A stretch of DNA of 64,000 bases from Calditrichia bacterium (GTDB lineage: Bacteria; Calditrichota; Calditrichia; JAJRVZ01): the NCBI GenBank assembly GCA_963796965.1, contig CAWCNS010000011.1, positions 224,001 through 288,000 of the forward strand. Reading direction: 5' to 3'. The notes below the pieces were generated by a model that saw nothing but the letters and a program-made list of their open reading frames with translations, did not search any database and was not told the DNA's origin. Position numbers and translations under genes: made by a program. This document shows, in pieces, positions 46,252 through 59,500 of this stretch (positions are counted from its first letter, which is position 1; every line of letters starts with the position of its first letter).

Positions 46252-47489
46252 CTCTCTATCCTCGTTTTCTTTTTCATTATAAAAAAAGTAAACATAATGA
46301 CTAAGCCTGTAAGTCCCAACAATAACCATCCAATATTTTTTGAGATTGAAAATGTTTCCCGGGTCTTCGCATCATTTGAAATGGCGCGGGCGGAATCCGA
46401 ACTTAAAGCACTCTTTTTTTCAGGCTTTATGTTCTCTCCTATAGATATCTTTTTGGGCGAAATCGGCTTTGTCTGTATAATATTATCCTCTGTTTTCTCC
46501 GATGAAGGGATAAAGCCAGAAAGTCCTGTAAGAGGAGGAGGATCCTCATCTTTGATCCAGGTATCACCTATGCTTGCTGACCAATTCGCCAGAAACAAAA
46601 GATCGACGCCCTGGTGCAAAGCTTTTATCTCACAGGAACACCAATCAACCAGCGATCCACATGCTTTTTCAATTGTATTTTTATTAATTCCCGCACCGAC
46701 CAGCGCGTATAATGATCTTCCTTGTCCAAAAACCGGAAAGACAAGTGGTACCTGGTATTCGGCTAAATCAGATTCCGTACCCAATAGCATTTTTACAAAT
46801 ATGCTCTCCTTTGGGTTCTTCCTGGATAACTTTTTAACTGAAAAACTTAAATCGACATTTTGAAAATCATTTATTTCAATGGGATTGCCATCTACATCTA
46901 CTCCACTTGTCGGGATACTGATTTTTGCCGATAAGGCCTCTAATTCATTTACTAATATATTATAATATTTTTGATCCAATTCAGGCTCGCCACTTTCCAG
47001 AAAAAGAAAAACCGCGGTTTCCCCTGCCAGCAAGAGATCAGAGATTTCTCTTCGTAGGGGAGAATCCCTTAAAATATCCATATTGGATTTGCTCAATTCC
47101 CCCAACCATATGGGATATGGAATACCGGTTTGTTCGGGATAAGATAACATCATCAATGGGTAAGTGAGATTATCATCAAAATCTTTAAGAGGATTCTGAG
47201 CAGAATTATTCAGGTCGCTATATTCTATAATAATGTTTAAAGTTGAATCACCTTGAAATGAAATCTGGTTCAACTCCGCAAGCAAATCCTTATGATCGCT
47301 CGTAATTTCATCATGATAAAAAACGGTTAGTCTATAGGGATCTGCTGTCCATCGCTCAAGGGCATATCTGAAGACAGGTACATTGCATGGAAAAAGAGAG
47401 GAAAGACCTGAAAAGGTAAGGGCAAAAAATAATATTAAATATATTACTCTCTGAAAATCATAAATTCTACTGTACATTAACTTTTTCAT
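46248..47489 (-). CDS. Hypothetical exported protein with C-terminal membrane anchor
   Basis: CNVPVFRYALERW, PVFGQGR and CSCEIK motifs; C-terminal hydrophobic helix with basic tail. Confidence 0.7.
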   Translation of the reverse strand: MKKLMYSRIYDFQRVIYLILFFALTFSGLSSLFPCNVPVFRYALERWTADPYRLTVFYHDEITSDHKDLLAELNQISFQGDSTLNIIIEYSDLNNSAQNPLKDFDDNLTYPLMMLSYPEQTGIPYPIWLGELSKSNMDILRDSPLRREISDLLLAGETAVFLFLESGEPELDQKYYNILVNELEALSAKISIPTSGVDVDGNPIEINDFQNVDLSFSVKKLSRKNPKESIFVKMLLGTESDLAEYQVPLVFPVFGQGRSLYALVGAGINKNTIEKACGSLVDWCSCEIKALHQGVDLLFLANWSASIGDTWIKDEDPPPLTGLSGFIPSSEKTEDNIIQTKPISPKKISIGENIKPEKKSALSSDSARAISNDAKTRETFSISKNIGWLLLGLTGLVIMFTFFIMKKKTRIER

Positions 47490-47841
47490 TGCTTGATAAT
47501 TCTCTGTAAAACAAGACTTTAGATACCAAGATAATTCAGCATTGCTTAACAAACAGCTAAACTGATTAAATCCCCTTGGTTGGGATTCTCTTCTGAGGCA
47601 GCTGTTGATTTGGTTCGAGGCAAAAGGAAGAAAGGGGAAGGCCTAATTCACAACCATCTTAAGAATTATTGTGAATCAATTTACTAAATCACTTAAATTG
47701 TTAAGTTCCCATGCTTATTGACTAATTCATGATCCCATCTGCCAAAAAAACAATTGTAAAATTAACAAATTTCAGTCTAAAAGACAATGCATACCAAGGA
47801 TGAAAATTTATCTATTTTACCTTCTAAACTTAGTTATAGAG

Positions 47842-47943
47842 CACACGGATTACCCCCGAAAAACGGGGCAGGTCGGATAGGGCTGGTTTCCACTGATTAT
47901 TTATTATCCGTGCAAATCCGCTTAATCTGTGGCATCCGTGGCC
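47842..47943. repeat. Gene-less inverted-repeat element of the same architecture as the GxxExxY flanks
   Basis: cacggattac[ccccgaaaaacggggcagg]tcggat...cactgatt, 7-bp spacer, atccgtgcaaatccgcttaatctgtggcatccgtgg. Confidence 0.7.
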
Positions 47944-48049
47944 TATAATAATCAGCAGAGAAAATCCAAATTTCAAGTACTTTATCAGTTGAATATTCGC
48001 TGTTGGATATTGGATATTGAATAAAATTCAGAAATTGAGCTGGAATTAA

Positions 48050-50704
48050 TCACTTCAACAGTACCATCTTCCGAACCTGCACATATCCCGATTCACTCTG
48101 CAATCGGTAAAAGTAGACACCACTTCCAAACCCACTGGCATCCCATTCCATCTGGTAAGTACCAGCAGGCTGATATTTATTGACCAACACAGCCACCTTT
48201 TGACCAAGCAAATTATATACACTTAAATCAACGTAATTCGTAATTGGTAATTCGTAATTAATTGTTGTAATCGGATTAAAAGGATTTGGATAATTCTGAT
48301 CCAAAACAAATTTTTGTGGGATTTTTGATGAATTATTATTGTCGCTTAATCCCGTTATCCCGGGTATATTTTCATCCATCCATCTTAAGCGCTCAAAAAG
48401 CCATTCTTCCAGATAAGCCACTTCATCTTCATAGGTATTGCCCACATAGGCATTTGGCCAGTCACGTGTTCCCAGGACAGGCCATCTTCTAAAATTCCGT
48501 TCCTGTGCCTCTCCCAATACGGAGTAAAGACTGTCGAGAATACCAAGAATATTGATTTCATGGAGATGGGTACTTCTTAATTCCTGCCATCGCTCAGCTA
48601 ATTTGGAAGAAAATGTATCATCTGACAATAATCGATCCCACCAGAAAGGAATATCTGTATGATCCGGATCATACCAGTCTTTCTGCCAGCCTTCCGTATA
48701 CTGTGCATTATCATAATTAGCATTGCCAAAGGCAAGATTATAATCCCAGACAGGTCCCATGGTTAATCTTCCATCCTTACTATCACGATCTTTATACATA
48801 AACGTACTCAAACGGTATCCGTCAACATTTCTTCCAATCTCCACTAGAATAAAGAAATCAATAAATGACTTTGTATTTATAAGTGGCGAATAGCCGCTGA
48901 TAGGATCTCTAAAACTGTCACTATACAATGCTTCTTCAAAATTATATATAAAATTCTGAATGTATACGCGTTGTTCAGGAACAATATCGCTCGGCTTTGG
49001 ATAATGGTATTGGAAGAACAGTTTTGTATAATTTTTTGGCGGGAAAGATGAAGGCCAGCCGCCCACATCTTCCCCCACTGTTTTGTCCAGTTTAATGATA
49101 TACCCGCCAGTTACTTCCTCGCCGGATATTTCATCAGGATCCAGTTTAGCGATATTCACCCGGTTTTTATCCCGCTTAATTTTCTCCATCAGGATATACA
49201 CACCTTGATATTCACCGTTTAAGACAAGTTCACAATAGTGGGTTCTGCTGGCATACCAACCCAGGTCTCTGGCCAGTTTATATTCCAGGACATTGCGCAT
49301 TAGACTTTTATCGACATAGGGCGCATGAAGAATCCAGTCATTTTCTTCGGGTAGTCCTAACAAAGAAACGTTATTGTTCTCACCAGATGGTAAACGTGTT
49401 TCTAAAGCGTATTGCTTTTTGGGGTAACTCTGGGAACTCGCTCCGCGTGTTTCAATACCTATGGATCCATCATAATTATTGAAAGGATCTGTAAAATAAT
49501 TTCTTATACCTTCACCATTATAAATAATTCCCATTTTTGCTGAAATTTTCTCGGCATCAGGAATTAATTTACCATAGGTATCAACAACCACAACAGGAAG
49601 ATTCGAGGCCTCTAATTTGACAGAGTCCATCGTACCAACATTGTTGCTAAATCCGGGGGTTGGATCCCAAAAACGATAATTTCGTGAGTTTCCATCCGGC
49701 TTTCTTCCCCATGATTTGTCTTCAGGGACGTATTTAAAGCCCAGGATATCCTGGGTGATGCCATCTGGTGATTTAATATATAATGTGTCAGTAAATTGTG
49801 CGAATGTAAAATCAGTATGTAAACCGGAAGGAAAATTTGTCAATATAGTATCTACTTGTCGTGAATCACCTGGCCTCTGTTTCATAGCGAGAGAAAGATA
49901 GGGTATAATGGTTAAATCTGTTGAAAACTCATTGCGATTATGGGTTTCGATTGCCAGGACATTGGTTCCTTCAAGCAGGATATCAGCAATACTTTCTATT
50001 TGAAAAATCAGGGGCGATCCGTTTTGATAAATTCGTGCTTCAACAATTTCTTTTGCCGGTTCCGTATAGACAGGTCTTTCACCTGGTATGCCGATATTCT
50101 CCCTGGCAATTTCAATCCCATTTAAATAGGCAACAAAACCATCGTCATAATCCACATGTAATACACCGGTAATTATTTGAGAAAGATCTTGTACATTAAA
50201 TACTTTTCTTATATAGAGAGAAATAGTACTTTCAACAACGGTGGCATCATCATTGTCACCATAACCAAACCCGCTTGCACCGGTTTGCCAGCCCGTATCA
50301 TCAAATTCCAACTCCGTCCAATTGAGGGGAATATCAGCTGACCCAGGAGAGTACTTCCACTCATCACCACGGGAGATTACCGCCTCCCAATGGGAAATTT
50401 GTTGTTTTCGGTCTTTTCCGGAGTTAAATATGACGAGATAGCCCTTTGGATTGAGAAGTCCTTCATCTATCGTCCATTCCGATGGCGCTGTATTGCTACT
50501 GGATATTGTATATCCCGATAAGTCAATTGGAAAATCACTCGCGTTATACAGTTCAAACCATCCATTATAATCTCCATCTTCATCCTGATGACTAGAAACA
50601 TTTAGAACCATCAACTCATTGATGAAAACATTCTGGGCTAAAAGTTGCGGTTGAACTATTAATAAGATTAGAACCAGGCTATGTATGAAATATTTAAGAA
50701 ACAT
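48050..50704 (-). CDS. CotH kinase family protein with lamin-tail-like domain and C-terminal sorting domain
   Basis: INELM..WFELYN, RGASSQSYPKKQY, DKSLMRN, GPVWDYNLAFG, NYPNPFNP. Confidence 0.9.
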   Translation of the reverse strand: MFLKYFIHSLVLILLIVQPQLLAQNVFINELMVLNVSSHQDEDGDYNGWFELYNASDFPIDLSGYTISSSNTAPSEWTIDEGLLNPKGYLVIFNSGKDRKQQISHWEAVISRGDEWKYSPGSADIPLNWTELEFDDTGWQTGASGFGYGDNDDATVVESTISLYIRKVFNVQDLSQIITGVLHVDYDDGFVAYLNGIEIARENIGIPGERPVYTEPAKEIVEARIYQNGSPLIFQIESIADILLEGTNVLAIETHNRNEFSTDLTIIPYLSLAMKQRPGDSRQVDTILTNFPSGLHTDFTFAQFTDTLYIKSPDGITQDILGFKYVPEDKSWGRKPDGNSRNYRFWDPTPGFSNNVGTMDSVKLEASNLPVVVVDTYGKLIPDAEKISAKMGIIYNGEGIRNYFTDPFNNYDGSIGIETRGASSQSYPKKQYALETRLPSGENNNVSLLGLPEENDWILHAPYVDKSLMRNVLEYKLARDLGWYASRTHYCELVLNGEYQGVYILMEKIKRDKNRVNIAKLDPDEISGEEVTGGYIIKLDKTVGEDVGGWPSSFPPKNYTKLFFQYHYPKPSDIVPEQRVYIQNFIYNFEEALYSDSFRDPISGYSPLINTKSFIDFFILVEIGRNVDGYRLSTFMYKDRDSKDGRLTMGPVWDYNLAFGNANYDNAQYTEGWQKDWYDPDHTDIPFWWDRLLSDDTFSSKLAERWQELRSTHLHEINILGILDSLYSVLGEAQERNFRRWPVLGTRDWPNAYVGNTYEDEVAYLEEWLFERLRWMDENIPGITGLSDNNNSSKIPQKFVLDQNYPNPFNPITTINYELPITNYVDLSVYNLLGQKVAVLVNKYQPAGTYQMEWDASGFGSGVYFYRLQSESGYVQVRKMVLLK

Positions 50705-51145
50705 TGTTTGGATTATCCTGTATTACGCATTCAATACTATACTAACTCACTTTGGACACCAATTGTTTCTTCTAATCTGTGAGTTGGTACATATAAACTT
50801 ATTTTTTATACCTGCTATTGGTTTTAAAACTGCCCACCACGATCAGATATCCCTTTTTCCCGGGAATTAAAAGATTGTTTTGAGAATTTTTTGATCATCA
50901 GTCCCTATAATTTTATCGTCATCGCCTTTTTAAAGAAATTATAGGTAATACAAATATCTCCATACATAATATATAAAAAAAACCACGAATGTCAGATAAA
51001 AATATTTTGTTTCATATTTATATGGATGTAACATTAGTATAACAACCTGATTAGGAAAGTGTGAGAATTATAAATAATTATTTCTTTGCGACTTAGCGTC
51101 TTTGCGAGAAAAATTTGTGAATCGATCAGGTTATTTTAATAATGA

Positions 51146-52558
<1,413 letters not shown>

Positions 52559-52637
52559 ATAGATATCTCAGATGTTTCAACAAACTTCCACAATACTATC
52601 AAATAGAATAATGAATCATTAAACTAACTTGGGTAAT

Positions 52638-53778
52638 TTATTTTATCAGGATCATTCGGCGCACTATCCTTTCTCCAGCTGATTCCAGAGAATAATAGTA
52701 AATGCCTGAAGGCAGGGAAGGTGCCACAAAATTAATCTTCGTAATTCCGAGGTTATTTCTCCATTTATCAATGTAGTTATCTTCTGGCCCAGAATATTAT
52801 AAATGTTTATAGTAACAAATCGTGTTTTGAAATTCAAATTCGATGTGGTCTGCGGATTATAAGTGATTTGATAGTTCTGATGTAAAGTAAATTTATCGGA
52901 ACTTCTTCTTATGTATTTGATAGTGGTTACAACCTCAAGCGGCTCGAAGGCAATACTGCGAGGTATCTGCAGAAGCCACCGATATTGTCTGCACGTAGGT
53001 CCCTGCTGTATCGAATTCAACCACCTGATTCTTATAATATGAAGATGAAAACAGGTGTCCCCATCATCAAAGGCTACCCCGAGGCCCGGATAAATCCGGA
53101 CGTGAGATACTGCCCAGAAAATTACCATCGGAATCAAATTTCACAATATTATCTGATCCTCCCCCGGCAACAAAGAGTACATCATTTTTATCACGAGCGA
53201 TACCCATGGGGCTGGATAATCCGCCCCCGGTAAAAACCTTTACAAAATTATCACTTTTATCGAATTTAATAACATTTGCGGTTAGGGCACTAGCCACATA
53301 AATATTTCCATCTGAATTAACCGCCACACAATTTGGTCCATTAAGGCCACCACCGGTAAATGACCGCAATCTGTTGCCATCGAGATTAAAAACCACGATT
53401 TGGTCATTGTCAAAACTACTAACATATAGTTCTGTTGAGTCAATTACAGCCATACCGGTCGGACCATCGAGCTCCTGGTCACTAAACTTTGTCAGGTATT
53501 GCCCAGTTCTGTCAAAGATATAAATTTCGTCAGATAACTGACTGGCCACATAAACTTTTTTATTTGGTGAAAAAACGACACCGCGTGGACCATTAAGCCC
53601 TTCTGCACCGAAACTATGTAGATATTTCCCTGTAGGAGTCATAAACTGCTATGCTATCAGCATTGTAATTTGAGACATGAAAATTTCCGGTTCTGTTTGG
53701 TGGAAGTAAGGGTTGGGTTATACCTGTTTTTGAAAAAATAATCACCACAAGTAATAGCAAATTCAATATATTTTTCAT
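52638..53778 (-). CDS. NHL-repeat beta-propeller with C-terminal sorting domain (several frameshifts)
   Basis: Repeats LxGPxGxA..YV; IYNILGQKITTL; alternate frame SGIYYYSL..RRMILIK-stop. Confidence 0.8.
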
Positions 53779-53817
53779 ATTTATTAAAACTAATTCCCTC
53801 GATTAAGATATTCCGCC

Positions 53818-55753
53818 TTATTTTAAATAAAGGATTTTTTTTACTTCCGTAAATTTTTGATTTTGCTGGCGATCAGTAAATTGAATATACAATATATATT
53901 CGCCACTGGTCAGGGCCTCATTGTGATCCGAACGCGCATTCCAAATAAAAGTATGCTCTGTATTAACAAGATTAATCTGGTTATAGGTTTTGATCTTCTC
54001 ACCCAAAATATTATAGATATCCATGGAAAGAAGTCCGGGATTGTTCACCTGTACCGTGATCTTAATTTGCGGATTAAAAGGATTGGGGTAGGCTTTAACC
54101 AGAATTGGATCGCTGGGAATATTTAAACTTTTCTCTTTGATTGAAGTAGGATCTGATAGAGTTGTTGTCAGTGAATCGAGTACTTCCGGAAAATTTGGTG
54201 TCGCCTGGTAATAGGATTTAAACCTGGCCACTTCAGGCGTATCGTATTGCCATAAATCTGCCACAAATCGTGGACTTAGGCTTTGATAATAGATTTTCGC
54301 ATTTAATGTATAGGTTTGGCTTCGATTCAAACCGGATAATTTTATAGGTCACCTTATCAGATCCGGAACCTTCTCTGTTAAAATTTGGATCTTATCGGCC
54401 AGGCCCTTTACTGCCGTCGAATCATAAGCCGGCCCTGTTTTTGAAAACCCTTCCGGCGGGATGCGGTTATCTTTTTTATAACCGGCCGCTCGCAACAAGG
54501 TATACGTAAGCTCATCGATCCACATCCTTCATCAACGATTGATAAACCTGCACCTGATCGGGGTGAGTGATCATATCATGATGGGCCTCATAGTCTTCAT
54601 CGAGCCCTTGTATTTCGTTTTGGACTATATCCCATTTACCCGATTCAAACACATCATCTCCTCTGCCATCTTTAATCCCCAGATAAAGCCAGGCCCGGCG
54701 GCTGGGATAAGCCGTAGGAAATTTATGCCCGGTTTTATTGTTTACGGCAAGTGTCACCTCTAAGGTATCACCCATGAGCCACTTATCGGAAGCATCCAGA
54801 TCTACGGTTTCGGTTTGCAGTAATCTTTCGTGTCCGGGCAATGGTGCTGTCAATAGTGCACGACTCGGCTGTTAAACCCCAGTTCAGTTCTGTATTTTTT
54901 TAAAAGGCGCTAGCATATAAACATTGCCACCGACAAAATAATGTTTGGCAAAGGGCATTCTTGAACCAAGCATGAGTTGGCATGTTCGAGATGAACAATA
55001 GGTCCTCAATCTCAGGCATGTTAGGTTTGGCATTCTATATTTTTGCCGGGATAGACACTGTTTTTCCATTCAAGGTAGGGTGTCTGCTCCGGCGCTCTCA
55101 CCTGCAACCGCTCCTTCATTATCAACATAGGGCGTAAATAATGTATGGCAGGTAGCACATAAATCATAATGATGGTACCTGTCTACAAAAATCGGTGTAT
55201 AATTTACCCGATTTTGCATGGGCATGGTTAAAGGGTTTTGATAGGGTCCATAAATAATCCGGTCATTTTCAATGATATAATGCCCACTGTAACTTTCCAC
55301 ATTGCCAAGATTATCAGGTTTGATCTGATGACAGGCTGTACAGCTAACACCATCGCGGGCCAGATCATCCTGATTCAATTCCTCAAAGGAATAATAATCC
55401 GCTCCCTGGTATTTTGCCTCCGTACGCCCCATGGGTGAATGACAGGTAAGACATTTATCTTCGATGATATCTTTTAAGTGTGGATTTGCCGCTACTTCAG
55501 CCGTCATTTTGGCCTGCCAGAAGGGATCTTTCGCTGCATTGGCCATCATGGTCGAGCGCCATAAAGTTTCCGGGAGACATCATTACCCTGGCCATCACGC
55601 AATATCGTACTGTTTAGACTGCCCGCTTGATGACAAGAAGAACAATTACCTGATCCACTGAACAAAGTGAAGTCTGGATCGGTAAATTTTGAGCACCTGC
55701 ATGCCAAATAGCCCTATCTGTAAAGTTTAACAATAAATTCTTGATTTAATCAT
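53818..55753 (-). CDS. Multiheme cytochrome c with C-terminal sorting domain (many frameshifts)
   Basis: CSSCH, CLTCH, CTACH, CATCH and a corrupted ECQT..MP motif; [21 protein letters not shown] tail. Confidence 0.8.
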
Positions 55754-55789
55754 TGCTCCACGAAATAATGATATAGTAATATCTTCTTT

Positions 55790-56119
55790 GCCCATGTCCT
55801 TTAGATCTTTACCCTTAATCGTAAGCTGAGATAATAGAACGGAACTGAATGCCATGGCAGCCGCTGCAAACATAGGATTAAGCAAACCCAGGGCAGCGAC
55901 GGGGATACCGATTATATTGTATATAAAGGCCCAGAAAAGATTCTGACGGATGGTACGCATTGTTTTGCGTGAAAGTGAAATCGCCCCGGCAACACCATGC
56001 AAATCACCTTTAATCAAGGTTATATCAGCCGTTTCAATGGCCACATCCGCCCCGGTACTATGGCAATGCTCACATCTGATAGAGATCACCTGGGGATTTT
56101 TATAATAATCTCTATTCCA
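55790..56119 (-). pseudogene. copA: CopA-like P1B-ATPase remnant (most of the gene absent)
   Basis: [14 protein letters not shown]...[32 protein letters not shown]; no DKTGT, CPC or TGE motif in the interval. Confidence 0.7.
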
Positions 56120-56130
56120 TGCTCGCGCCG

Positions 56131-56483
56131 TTATTTGGAGCCCAGTTTCATCGGTTTTAAATCCATACTGCACTCTTCACACTTCCCCGCTTTGTCATGC
56201 CGGATATGACTATGCTGGTACATGGGACAACCATAATAATCTGCACTATCCGCTTTTACTTCCACAGCCGCCACTAATTTCATCCCACATTCCGAACAAT
56301 CACCTGCTGTAGCGCTGGAAATATGTTTATGGCTCTCCATGGGCAGGTATAATAATAAGTCTTTTCAACAGTTGATACTTTTTCTTGCTTGTGCTGGTGC
56401 TCTGACATCTTCTCACTTTGACCATTACAGGCAATCAATACTACAAATACGCCAATGCTTAAAATTGCAAATTTCCAATTCAT
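56131..56483 (-). CDS. Lipoprotein with two heavy-metal-binding (CPM..H..CxxCxMxL) repeats; frameshift near 56340
   Basis: Lipobox [16 protein letters not shown] and [14 protein letters not shown]. Confidence 0.8.
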
Positions 56484-56543
56484 GATAAACTCCTCTTAAA
56501 TTTGATTAGGTTATTTAATTATGTAAAACAATTATGATTTAGA

Positions 56544-59500
56544 TTAAACTGATTCTTCATTAATGTTTAAAGAGCTCTCCAACTTTTTAATTTCATGACT
56601 TTTCCAGAGATAATAGATAGCCGGGATTACAATCAGGGTCAAAACCGTGGAGGATACCAATCCGCCAACCATGGGTGCAGCAATGCGTTTCATGGTTTGT
56701 GATCCGGCGCCTGTTCCCCATAGAATAGGTGTCAGGCCAACCATGGTGGTCACCACGGTCATCAGTTTGGGGCGGACACGATCCACAGCGCCCTCAATAA
56801 CGATATCATACAGATCTTTCAGACTGTGCAGGCGCCCGCTGCGCTTCCAGTCAGCAAAGACATTATCCAGATACACCAGCATCACAACACCTGTCTCAGC
56901 GGCCAGACCTGCCAGGGCAATGAATCCCACGCCTACTGCTACACTGAAATTGTAATCCAGGAAGTACATGAGCCAAATCCCACCAACCAGAGCGAAAGGA
57001 AGAGATAGCATTACTATGAAGCTTTCCGCAAAATTTTTAAAATTGAAATAGAGAAGTAAAAAGATCACAACCAGCGTAATTGGTACCACGATATTCAATC
57101 TTTTTTGAGCTCTCTCCATATATTCATATTGCCCACTCCATACCAGGCTATAACCTTCGGGAAATTCTACTTTTTCCTCTATAACCTTTTTAGCATTTTT
57201 GACATAGGTACCCACATCTATACCACGCAAATCAACATAAAGCCAGGCAGTAGTGCGTGCATTTTCACTTTTAATAACAGGGGGCCCCTTTGTGATAGAA
57301 ATATCAGCCACATAATTAAGTGGTATCTGAGCGCCTGATGGTGTGGGAATCAGCACACGCTTTAAGGCACTCAAATTATCACGAAGTTCACGGCTATAAC
57401 GAACATTTACCGGGTAGCGCTCCAGACCCTCGACTGTTGTCGTAACATTCATACCTCCAATCGCGGACATAATTACATCCTGCACATCGCCAACAGTAAG
57501 GCCATATCGGGCAGATTCGTCCCTCTTTATATCGAAGTCAAAATAATTTCCACCGACAGTCTTATCAGGAAAAACACTGAGTGTTCCTTCCACATCTTTA
57601 ATGATCGCAGCAATTTCCTGTCCCAGATCGGAAAGGGTCTGTAAATCAGGTCCCATAATTTTAATGCCAACCGGTGTTTTAATACCGGTTGAGAGCATAT
57701 CGATGCGTGTCTTTATCGGCATCGTCCAGGCATTGGTTAAACCGGGAAATTGAATGGCTGCATCTAATTCTTCCACTAACTTTTCAATAGTCATACCTTC
57801 ACGCCATTTATCTTCCGGTTGGAGCATGATAGTCGTTTCAATCATTGAAAGCGGGGCTGGATCAGTGGCTGTTTCAGCTCGTCCGATTTTTCCCAGCACA
57901 TGGTGTACTTCCGGAAAACTCTTGATGATCTTATCTGTCTGCTGTAACAATTCTTTGGCTTTTGTAATGCTGATACCCGGGTCAGTGGTGGGCATATACA
58001 GGAGATCGCCTTCGTTAAGAGGCGGCATAAATTCGGATCCGATTTTGCCCATTGGAAAGATCGTAATTACTAAAATGAGCAGTGCAATACCGATAGTAAT
58101 CCAGCGAAAGCGCAGCACCCAGTGAATGATTGGTTTATATAATTTAATCAGGAAGCGGCTGATCGGATTTTTATTTTCTGGTATAATTTTACCGCGCACA
58201 AAATAGCCCATTAAGACAGGTACAATGGTAATTGCCAACAAGGCGGCACCGGCCATGGCATACGTTTTGGTAAAAGCCAGCGGTTTAAAGAGGCGTCCTT
58301 CCTGGGCCTGCAATGAAAACACTGGTAAGAAGGATATGGTGATAATCAAGAGGGAATAAAATAGCGCCGGACCAACTTCTTTAGATGAATCTATAATGAT
58401 CTGCCAGTGATTCTTTTTACCCCCATCACGTTCAATATGTTTATGGGCGTTTTCGATCATCACCACAGCCGCATCCACCATCGCACCGATAGCAATGGCA
58501 ATACCACCTAAGGACATAATATTGGCATTAATACCCTGAAAATACATAATTAAAAATGAAATCAATATTCCCATCGGTAGAGTAAACAGAGCAACGAAAG
58601 CGCTGCGAAAATGCAGTAAAAAAATGATACATACCAGAGCGACAACCAAAAGCTCTTCAAACAATTTCCAGCTTAAATTATCGATCGCCCTTTCAATAAG
58701 ACTTGAACGGTCATAGGCGGGTATAATTTTAACACCTTCCGGCAGGCCTTTTTCAAGGTCTTTCAGTTTTTCTTTAACCAGAGCGATTGTTTTTAAGGCA
58801 TTTCCCCCGAAACGCATAACGATTACACCACCTGCTGTTTCGCCTTCGCCATTCCAGTCTGCTAAACCGCGTCGTAATTCTGGTCCGATAACCACATTTG
58901 CTATATTTTTAATAAGAATCGGCGTACCATTATTATCTACACCCAATGGTATGTTTTCAATATCTTCTATGGATTTTATATACCCCAGACCGCGCACCAT
59001 GAATTCGGTCTCACCCATTTCAACCAGCTTACCACCCACATCATTATTACTTCGTTTTATGGCCATCCGCACTTTATTAATTGGAATATTATAGGCAAGC
59101 AGCTTATTCGGATCCACCTCAACCTGATATTGCTTTACATACCCTCCGAGCGATGCAACCTCCGCAACACCGGGAACACTGGTCAATTCATATCGCAAAT
59201 ACCAATCCTGAATAGATCTCAATTGTTGCAGATCATATTTGTCACCGCCGTCAAGAACATATTCATATACCCAGCCTACACCCGTGGCATCCGGACCAAG
59301 CGTAGGGGTGATGCCCTGTGGTAATCGACTGGAGACGTAATTAAGGTATTCTAACACCCGGCTGCGTGCCCAGTAGATATCGGTTCCATCTTCAAAAATG
59401 ATATAGACAAAGGATAATCCGAAAAAGGAATAACCGCGTACACTTTTTGCAAAAGGCACGGCCAGCATGGATGATGTCAGAGGATATGTTACCTGGTCCT

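Noticed and set aside
47553..47760. Cobalamin or other riboswitch ahead of the ABC/TonB operon
   Set aside because: Some hairpins, but no B12-box or other aptamer consensus that I can recognise.
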